Origin: Patescibacteria group bacterium
Lineage (GTDB): Bacteria > Patescibacteriota > JAQUNI01
NCBI GenBank assembly: GCA_028717685.1
Contig: JAQUNI010000001.1
Span: forward strand, 207,451-271,450
Reading direction: 5' to 3'
DNA: 64,000 bases
Within the stretch, counting starts at the first letter, position 1, and the number at the start of each line of letters is the position of its first letter. A program made the translations under genes and the position numbers. Below are positions 55,112-64,000 of the stretch, one piece after another. The notes under the pieces were generated by a model. It had not been told where the DNA came from. It saw only the letters and a list, made by a program, of their open reading frames with translations, and did not search any database.

Positions 55112-55247
55112 AATTTTCAATTTCTAATTTTCAATTTTCATTAAATTTTTATTTAATAAATTTTTAAACACCCCAACCAAACAAAACAGGAGGTTTAAAA
55201 ATTAGTTCATTAGAAATTTAATAGAAATTAGAAATTAAAAATTATTT
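55112..55247. repeat. ~136-bp heptad-palindromic element, identical copy 2 of 2 (rplK|nusG spacer)
   Basis: Identical to 54551..54686. Confidence 0.8.
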
Positions 55248-55792
55248 TAGATTTTTTTGATCTGTAAAAAGTCTAACTCTACTGGCGTTTCCCGGCCAAA
55301 CATATTCACCAGGACCTTGATCTTTCCCCGCTCTTCATCAAGATGAGAAACTTTCCCGTCAAAACCCTTAAAGGGTCCGTCAATAATTTTGACCGCCTCG
55401 CCAATCTCCACATCAATTTTATATTTCGGCTCGGTAACGCCCATCCTCTTTTTCAAAGACTTAATCTCTTCATCAGAAATCGGTGTCGGCGTAGTTCCAG
55501 AACCAACAAAGCCGGTCACATTAGGGGTATTCCTAACCACATACCAAGAATCATCGGTGACAACCATTTCCACTAAAACATAGCCGGGAAAAATCTTCTC
55601 TTCAATCACTTTCCGCCGGCCATTCTTAATCTTAATCTTTTTCTCTTTAGGCACTAAAACATCAAAGATTTTGTCCTCCATATCCAAGGACTCAATTCTC
55701 TGGCGAAGATTATGGGCTACGTTTTCCTCGTAACCAGAATAGGTGTGAAGCACATACCAACGTCGTTCTTGCTCCCCTAATTGCTTGGGCAT
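55247..55792 (-). CDS. nusG: transcription termination/antitermination factor NusG
   Basis: NGN domain WYVLHTYSGYEENV; KOW motif. Confidence 0.9.
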   Translation of the reverse strand: MPKQLGEQERRWYVLHTYSGYEENVAHNLRQRIESLDMEDKIFDVLVPKEKKIKIKNGRRKVIEEKIFPGYVLVEMVVTDDSWYVVRNTPNVTGFVGSGTTPTPISDEEIKSLKKRMGVTEPKYKIDVEIGEAVKIIDGPFKGFDGKVSHLDEERGKIKVLVNMFGRETPVELDFLQIKKI

Positions 55793-55881
55793 ACACTTTA
55801 CCTAGCGCAAATAAAGGATTTATTTATCCGAGTCCCTTCGGATAATTTGTCCTTGACGCGCTTAAAAATTAAAATGATTTT

Positions 55882-56073
55882 TCAAAAAAGCTGACTTAAA
55901 GCAACTATCAAAAGATAATCTATAAAGCCCAAAAAGACAGCTACCGCTAAGCTAAAAATAATAACTATGTAGGTATGGCGAAACAACTCTGGCCGGGAGG
56001 GCCAAACCACTTTCGCAAGTTCGGTTTTGGATTCTTTGAAAAAAAGAATAATTTTATTCAAAAGGCGAGGCAT
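55882..56073 (-). CDS. secE: preprotein translocase subunit SecE
   Basis: 63 aa, KESKTELAKVVWPSRPELFRHT plus single TM; immediately upstream of nusG. Confidence 0.85.
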   Translation of the reverse strand: MPRLLNKIILFFKESKTELAKVVWPSRPELFRHTYIVIIFSLAVAVFLGFIDYLLIVALSQLF

Positions 56074-56082
56074 ATCTCTTGT

Positions 56083-56107
56083 TTTTAAAAAGCCCGCAGG
56101 GGCTTTA
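56083..56107 (-). terminator. intrinsic terminator downstream of gyrB
   Basis: Revcomp AAAGCCCCTGCGGGCTTTTT. Confidence 0.6.
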
Positions 56108-56245
56108 TTACCCTAAGTATATACTAAATAAAAAAAATTGGCAAGACCCTCACTTTTATCTAAGGTCTTCACCTTTAGGATCCACCCTTAGCTAAAGATG
56201 GATCCTTTATGAAAGGTGAAGACTAAAGGCGAAAGGTCTTTATAA

Positions 56246-58385
<2,140 letters not shown>

Positions 58386-60452
58386 TTAACCCTCTCTGAT
58401 GATCGCCCCAAACCTATTCTTCAAACCATTAATGATTTTTTGATGAATCGCCTTGGCTTCTTCTTCTTTTAAACTCCTTTTTGCGGAACGATACACAATG
58501 CGCAAGAACAATCCCTTCTTTCCTTTACTAATTTGTTTACCATGATAGGCTTCTAAAAACCGCACCTCGCTCACAAGCTTACCGCCGCTCACTTTAATTT
58601 TATTTTCCACCTCTTGCCACAAAGTCTCTTCCGACACCACAATACTTAAGTCAAATCCCACTGCTGGATATTTGGGTAAAGACTGATATGTCTTGTGGCT
58701 GGAAAAATCTTTGAATAAATCTTCAAAATTGAGATCAAAAACCAAAACCGGCTCTTTAAGCTTAAAGTTGGAAGCGATCGCCGGTTTCACTATGCCCAAG
58801 AAACCAACATCTCGTCCCGCCGCGCTAATTTCGGCGCTCCCCAAGGGAGCCACCAGTTTTCCCCCTCCCTCTTTCCAACTCAAATCGCGCACCCCCAAAC
58901 TATGGAGCAAGTTCTCCACCACAGCCTTCATTTGATAAAAGAGAGCGGTTTTACCATTTTTTTGCCACCACAAACCGACAAGATGCCGCTCTTCGCGAGG
59001 CAAAACATGGTCTCCTCCTAAATAAATTCTGGCAAGTTCAAAAATTTTAACTTCCTCTGTCTTCTGCCGATTCTCTTTGGCTACATTCAGAAGACTAGGC
59101 AATAGATCCCGACGCAAATATTCAAATTCTTGCGATAAAGGATTTGTCACTTTAAGATTATCATCTGTCTCAAAGCCGCATTTCGCAAGCAGATCTTTGC
59201 CCACAAAAGAATAGGTATAAACCTCGGTAAGACCTGCGCCGACCAGCATATCTTTGGCTTTCTCCTCCCACAGAAATTCGCAAGGTCTAATCTCTTCCGG
59301 AATACGTGTATCCAATAATTTGCCTCGCAATCTATGGTAACCATAAATCCGCGCAATCTCTTCCACCAAATCTTCTTCTTCTCCCGTGTCATAGTACCGC
59401 CACGCTGGCACGGAAACGATAGTCTTACCCTTCTCTGTTTTAGCCTGAAAACCAAGCCCCTCTAAAATCGCAATGGCGCGAGGGCGCGGAATATCCTCTC
59501 CAAGCAATCTCCTAGCGCTCACGGGATCAAATTCTATTTTCTTCCGAACAAATTTCTTGGGGTAAACATCTACAGCGCGGCTTGCTATATTGCCCCGCGT
59601 AAATTTCTGAAGAAGATCAAGAGCGCGGCTGAAAGGCACCTCTAAACCCAAAGGAGAAAGACCCTTTTCAAAACGCGCCGAAGCATCAGTCTGCAGGGAT
59701 AATGCGCGCGAAGTTTGGCGAATGGAAATCGGGTTGAAATTCGCGCATTCCAAAATAATCCTTTTCGTCTGAAGCGTCACCTCTGCTTTCTTGCCGCCTT
59801 TGATGCCGGCAAGAGCAATCGAACTTTTGGCGTCGGCAATGACAAGCATATTATCTTTTAATTCAAAGGTCTGGTCATCCAAGGTGGTAATCTTCTCGCC
59901 GCGGCGCGCTCTGCGCACGATAATTTGAGGAATCCCCTTTTGGGTATCCAGCCGATCCGCGTCAAAGGCATGCAAAGGCTGACCATATTCCAGCATCACA
60001 TAATTAGTGATATCAACCACATTATTAATCGGCCGCAAACCTGCTTGCTCTAACCTTAAGGCAATACCCTCGGGTGAAGGTCCTATCTCCACATCCTCCA
60101 AAAGAATGCCTAAATAGCGCGGGCAAAGGGCAGGCTCTAAAATTTCAATCTCTAAATTTTTTGAGAAAGACACTAACGTGGAGACAGCGAGAATCTTGGG
60201 CACAACCAACTTTTCCTTTAAGATTGCCGCTACCTCGCGGGCAATGCCAATAACGGATAGCATATCCGGCCGATTAGAAGTCACTTCAATATCATAAATA
60301 TATTCCGGCTTTCCGCCGCTCACTCTAGAAGATACTTTTTCCACCTTTTCCACCGAAACCCCGCAAAGAGAAACCCGAGAGGCAATCTCTTGGGGTTTAA
60401 GATTGGTTTTACAATATTCCAAAAGCCAGTTGTGGGGAATTAAAATATTCAT
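58386..60452 (-). CDS. pheT: phenylalanyl-tRNA synthetase beta subunit
   Basis: B3/B4 and B5 domains, C-terminal FDX-like domain; start likely MNILIPHNWLLEY. Confidence 0.9.
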   Translation of the reverse strand: MNILIPHNWLLEYCKTNLKPQEIASRVSLCGVSVEKVEKVSSRVSGGKPEYIYDIEVTSNRPDMLSVIGIAREVAAILKEKLVVPKILAVSTLVSFSKNLEIEILEPALCPRYLGILLEDVEIGPSPEGIALRLEQAGLRPINNVVDITNYVMLEYGQPLHAFDADRLDTQKGIPQIIVRRARRGEKITTLDDQTFELKDNMLVIADAKSSIALAGIKGGKKAEVTLQTKRIILECANFNPISIRQTSRALSLQTDASARFEKGLSPLGLEVPFSRALDLLQKFTRGNIASRAVDVYPKKFVRKKIEFDPVSARRLLGEDIPRPRAIAILEGLGFQAKTEKGKTIVSVPAWRYYDTGEEEDLVEEIARIYGYHRLRGKLLDTRIPEEIRPCEFLWEEKAKDMLVGAGLTEVYTYSFVGKDLLAKCGFETDDNLKVTNPLSQEFEYLRRDLLPSLLNVAKENRQKTEEVKIFELARIYLGGDHVLPREERHLVGLWWQKNGKTALFYQMKAVVENLLHSLGVRDLSWKEGGGKLVAPLGSAEISAAGRDVGFLGIVKPAIASNFKLKEPVLVFDLNFEDLFKDFSSHKTYQSLPKYPAVGFDLSIVVSEETLWQEVENKIKVSGGKLVSEVRFLEAYHGKQISKGKKGLFLRIVYRSAKRSLKEEEAKAIHQKIINGLKNRFGAIIREG

Positions 60453-60615
60453 GAAAAAATTTCTAATTTTAAATTCCAAATTTTAATTCAAATCCCCGCC
60501 CGCCATCGCTACGCTCTAGGCGTTAGCGGGCAGGCAAATTTTAAATTTTTTAATTTTAAAACCCTTTCTTCTTTCCCTTGGTTTTAAAATTTAAAATTGA
60601 GAATTAAAAATTCTT

Positions 60616-61659
60616 TCAAAATTGTTCTAAAAACCTTAAATCATTCTGATAAAACATTCTCAAATCCGGAATCAGCAAACCTTCCTTCATTAAATAGCAC
60701 CTTTCTACGCCCCAACCAAAAGCAAAACCTGTCACACTCTCGGGGTCTTGGCCTCCGGCGCGCAACACATTGGGGTGCACCATCCCAGCGCCGCCCAATT
60801 CCGACCAACCCTGTTTGCAATAGCGGCAACCTTTTCCCCCGCATAAACCGCAGGTAACATCCACTTCAAAAGAAGGCTCGGTGAAACGGAAATGAAAAGG
60901 CCGCAACCTAATTTTGCGCTTTTCACCAAAAAATTCCCGACAGAAATATTCCAAAACACCCTTTAAATGCACGAATTGAATCCCCTGATCCACAACCAGA
61001 CCTTCAAATTGATGGAACATTGGCACATGATTAATATCAATCTGCCTTCTATAACATTTGGAAATATTCATCATCCGAATCGGCAAAGGATGGTTTTCCA
61101 TCTCCCGCACCTGACCCGAAGAGGTATGAGGGGTAAGAACAATTTTTTGACTGCTCTTTGTCTTCAATTTTGGGTTTTGCAAAAAGAAGGTTTCCCATTC
61201 ATCACGCGCGGGATGCCCAGAGGGCATATTTAAGGCTTCAAAGGCGTAATAATCAGTCTCCACTTCGGGATAACGCCGCCTCACAAAACCAATATCTAAA
61301 AATATTCTCTCAATCTCCCGAATCGCTTGGGTAACAAGATGCAGGTGTCCCCTCCCCATTTTTCTACTGGGCTGCGTAATATCAATAAAAATCCGGGCAT
61401 TAGAACTACCTACCGCCTTTCTTTTATCTTGAAATGCTGTCTCTAAATCACGTTTTACGCGGTTAGCGAATTGCCCTGCTTCCGGTTTTTCCGAGGCAGG
61501 CAAATCTTTAATTCCTTTTAACGCCTCTGCCAACTCTCCTTTGCGACCTAGATATTTGACGCGGAAAGATTCCAATTGAACATTGGATTGAATAGCGAGA
61601 AGATCTAATAAAGCTTTGCTTTTGATTGCTTCTAATTTTTCTCTTAATTTAAATGCCAT
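60616..61659 (-). CDS. pheS: phenylalanyl-tRNA synthetase alpha subunit
   Basis: Class II core motifs; conserved pheS-pheT pair. Confidence 0.9.
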   Translation of the reverse strand: MAFKLREKLEAIKSKALLDLLAIQSNVQLESFRVKYLGRKGELAEALKGIKDLPASEKPEAGQFANRVKRDLETAFQDKRKAVGSSNARIFIDITQPSRKMGRGHLHLVTQAIREIERIFLDIGFVRRRYPEVETDYYAFEALNMPSGHPARDEWETFFLQNPKLKTKSSQKIVLTPHTSSGQVREMENHPLPIRMMNISKCYRRQIDINHVPMFHQFEGLVVDQGIQFVHLKGVLEYFCREFFGEKRKIRLRPFHFRFTEPSFEVDVTCGLCGGKGCRYCKQGWSELGGAGMVHPNVLRAGGQDPESVTGFAFGWGVERCYLMKEGLLIPDLRMFYQNDLRFLEQF

Positions 61660-62041
61660 AACCCCTACTCATAAAATAAAATTCTAATAAACCTACGGAA
61701 ACGGCGAAGAGTGCCCCGTCCCACCAATTGAGAATCCGAAACTGCTGAAAGACCAAACACCCGACAATGACCGTCGCTAACAACACTGCCTGACGAAAAG
61801 CAACCCCAACATGGGCAAAAAGAATCTCATTATGCGAAAAACGAATCCGCAGAGCTAAACCCGTGAGTGTAAAAGTTCCCACCAAGCTAAAAAACAAACT
61901 TAAATGGAAACAAATTAAACCTACAATCCCCGCGGCCTCGGGATCAATATAGAAAAGAATTAAACCCCAAGCAGTCCAACAAAAAACCGTGGCGAACATC
62001 ATCCCAATGACGTATTTTTTCAAAGACATAAAACAAAGCAA
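61649..62041 (-). CDS. hypothetical membrane protein (4 TM)
   Basis: Hydrophobic profile; overlaps the pheS start by 11 nt. Confidence 0.4.
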   Translation of the reverse strand: MLCFMSLKKYVIGMMFATVFCWTAWGLILFYIDPEAAGIVGLICFHLSLFFSLVGTFTLTGLALRIRFSHNEILFAHVGVAFRQAVLLATVIVGCLVFQQFRILNWWDGALFAVSVGLLEFYFMSRGYGI

Positions 62042-62311
62042 AAATAAGGATTATTGTTCCCTTGACATTTCCTATTATAAATCATTTTTGAATCTTCCAC
62101 AAGGCTAGATTTATACACGAGAATAGCAGGAAATATAAGCAAGGGAAACACAATTTTGTCTCTTTTTATCCCTCCCCGTTCCATAGACTTTAAGCTAGTC
62201 TAAAGCAAAAAAGCCCATTTTATGAGCTTTAAAAGCGCGGTTTATCCTTATTTATAATGAGACTCACAAAACTCCCTTGCCCATCCTCCCTCGTCCTCTA
62301 TTTTAAACCCC

Positions 62312-62821
62312 TTAAACTGAACTACCGGAGCGTCCCTCTGCCTTTTTTAGCTCACGATATTCTAAATAGGTCAAAACAATAATTACGATGTCAAAAACGG
62401 TCAGCAACACCAGCCAAAATGAATGATCGTAGCTAAACCGATAAATCTGGTACAGAATAAAAAGAAAGAAAAAAAATATCGCCAAGGGGTAAGCCCAAAG
62501 CTTTCGTTCGAATAAAGCAACAACTAAGAAAATTTTGATCACGCCATGAGAAAAAAGATAAATAGCGCTAAAGATTTGCGTGTTCAAAGAAAAATTCCGA
62601 GCAAAATTAACAAGATAGTGAGCAATAATATCCTGGGGATCTTCAACAAGTTCGCCTTGAGTCCATAACAAAATAAAGCGGTTGATCGCCGCTGGTTTAA
62701 TAACAAAGAGCAACCCCCCGCCAATGGTCTCTAAAAATCCATTAACGCCTTTTAAAAAAATACCAATGCTGAAGGCTTTATGAACGGCCGCTTTTGAGTT
62801 TAATTTTTTTTCTTTGCTCAT
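62312..62821 (-). CDS. DUF2127-like membrane protein
   Basis: Segment LLWTQGELVEDPQDIIAHYL followed by TM helices; family call from memory. Confidence 0.4.
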   Translation of the reverse strand: MSKEKKLNSKAAVHKAFSIGIFLKGVNGFLETIGGGLLFVIKPAAINRFILLWTQGELVEDPQDIIAHYLVNFARNFSLNTQIFSAIYLFSHGVIKIFLVVALFERKLWAYPLAIFFFFLFILYQIYRFSYDHSFWLVLLTVFDIVIIVLTYLEYRELKKAEGRSGSSV

Positions 62822-62828
62822 TCTGTTT

Positions 62829-63149
62829 TTAAAATAAATGACTCTGCAGCTCTGTAAGTTTGGCGCACCTGTATTCAGGGCAGTCTTTGCAATTTTTCAA
62901 ACCTCTACCCAAACCGCAAATCCTCACCGCGCACTCGCGGCAGTGGGCATACAAAGGCCCCTTGGACAGACAACCACGGCAATTAATCTCTTTGGGCTGA
63001 ACCGGCGGTTCTTGACTGCCTTTCATCTGATGCCGCGCCGTCCACTCGGCGGCTGTCTTCTTCCGCAGTTCATTATCATTATTTTTGGTAGCAATAAACG
63101 CAAGGCACGCGCCGCAATCCAAACCGCAGAAAGCAATATTTTTTGGCAT
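62829..63149 (-). CDS. DUF3795-like Cys-rich protein
   Basis: MPKNIAFCGLDCGACLAF...CRGC...CRECAVRICG...CKDCPEYRC; the track ORF extends to 63212. Confidence 0.45.
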   Translation of the reverse strand: MPKNIAFCGLDCGACLAFIATKNNDNELRKKTAAEWTARHQMKGSQEPPVQPKEINCRGCLSKGPLYAHCRECAVRICGLGRGLKNCKDCPEYRCAKLTELQSHLF

Positions 63150-63214
63150 AGAAATTATTATTTTAGGACTTTCGCATCTGGTAACAATTAAATTGAATAT
63201 ACTTATTGTCATTC

Positions 63215-63345
63215 CCGTCCGCCTTAGGCGGAGGAATCCAGGATTAGTGCTATTAACCTGGATCCCTGAGCCTACTTCGCCGAAGTCCGCCCCAGGCGGA
63301 CGAAGGCTGAATCAGGTCGGGAACGACAGCAGATGCGAAAGTCCT
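63215..63345. mobile_element. GC-rich MITE-like element with TIR TGTCATTCCCGTCC / GGTCGGGAACGACAG
   Basis: Internal hairpins ccgccttaggcgg, aatccaggatt...aacctggatcc, ccgccccaggcgg; related to 'gtcattccc'-type elements at 20808-20990 and 20150-20290. Confidence 0.5.
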
Positions 63346-63474
63346 AATTTATTTTTTCGGCCCAAGGCCGATCAGCCTCGGGCTGATAATTTTAAATATC
63401 TTACCGTGCCCTTAGAATAATATAGTCGGCTAATGAGCTTCTTTACTTTTTAAGCAAGATCATTTAATGTTTAG

Positions 63475-63993
63475 TTGATAGAAAAAATTGCAACAATTAA
63501 AGAAAAGGGAGGGATTGAGTTGAATGATGTTGATGCTTTGTCTTTACCTGTATCTAAACAAGAAACTGATTTGGCAATACTGTTTGAAATCCCTGAGCGT
63601 AAAAGTTCGGAAAAACCAGGACGGATTTTGCAAATGATTTGGGATAAAAGATTCCCCCTTGTTAAAGGAATGGCAGGCGCTTATATGTATACTGTAACGA
63701 TAACATCGGGAGGCGCAAGACCGGGCAACCATTACCACAAAAAAAGAAAAGAGATTTATTTTGTTCTTTCGGGTATAGTTGAAGTGTTCTTGGAAAATAT
63801 TGCAACAAGAAAACAACAGAGATGTTCCTTGGGTGATAAGCCGCAAGCGCTTTACATTAAACCGGGAGTCGCGCATGTAGTAGTTCCTCATGCAGAGCAT
63901 TCTATCCTGTTGGTGGTAGCTGACAGTCCGAATTCGGATGGAGATGAATTTGGATATGAGATATCTAAGCAGACTTTAACTGATACCGCTTAA
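63475..63993 (+). CDS. WxcM/FdtA-like cupin (putative sugar 3,4-ketoisomerase)
   Basis: GARPGNHYHKKRKEIYFVLSGIVEV...IKPGVAHVV matches the FdtA/WxcM C-terminal domain pattern. Confidence 0.5.
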   Translation: MIEKIATIKEKGGIELNDVDALSLPVSKQETDLAILFEIPERKSSEKPGRILQMIWDKRFPLVKGMAGAYMYTVTITSGGARPGNHYHKKRKEIYFVLSGIVEVFLENIATRKQQRCSLGDKPQALYIKPGVAHVVVPHAEHSILLVVADSPNSDGDEFGYEISKQTLTDTA

Positions 63994-64000
63994 TTCAAGG

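Noticed and set aside
54551-55247. L1/L10 autoregulatory leader assignment for the rplK-flanking elements and the rplJ upstream region
   Set aside because: Plausible by position, but the elements are generic repeats found genome-wide and I cannot verify an rRNA-mimic structure by eye.

Overview
The 64 kb window is low-GC (roughly 35-40% by eye), gene-dense bacterial DNA. Its content (many translation and housekeeping genes, small hypothetical proteins, two four-helix-bundle '23S rRNA IVS-protein family' genes, AT-rich heptad-repeat intergenic elements) suggests a Candidate Phyla Radiation (Patescibacteria/Parcubacteria-like) genome; that placement is inference only. Recognisable genes: rplL, rplJ, secE-nusG-rplK-rplA (split from rplJL), rpsB-tsf, rpmE, rpmG (missed by the ORF track), rplY, prfA-prmC, dnaE, gyrB, pheS-pheT, thrS, gatB, miaA, miaB, thyA-folA with a dCMP deaminase and a P-loop kinase, mltG, rodA/ftsW, a sortase, a prepilin, and an ABC ATPase/FtsX permease pair. 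Four tRNAs (Trp, Thr-GGU, Tyr, Thr-UGU) sit in a cluster with rpmG. The most unusual locus is 15.1-19.9 kb: a Sec11/SipW-type (S26B) signal peptidase gene surrounded by four secreted-protein genes. These share a conserved post-signal-peptide strand and a TasA/camelysin-like 'LDFG..PGE...F.V.N.G' segment, and the first gene sits behind a consensus promoter and a ~300 nt hairpin-rich leader. This looks like a candidate TasA/SipW-like fibre or adhesin system. Intergenic DNA is dominated by dispersed repeats: inverted arrays of 7-nt units (GAATNAG, GAAATTA, GCAAAGT, GTTACAA, GTAATCA types), two of which carry four-helix-bundle genes as cargo; GC-rich MITE-like elements with ~40 nt terminal inverted repeats; and a 'CCCCGTTAGAAA' palindrome family. 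Several repeats have inserted in frame into housekeeping genes (prmC, miaA, miaB). A secreted caspase-like (C14) peptidase and a candidate ~100 nt sRNA with a perfect sigma70 promoter are also present. Coordinates follow the supplied ORF track; my own base counting disagreed by +/-1 nt in places.
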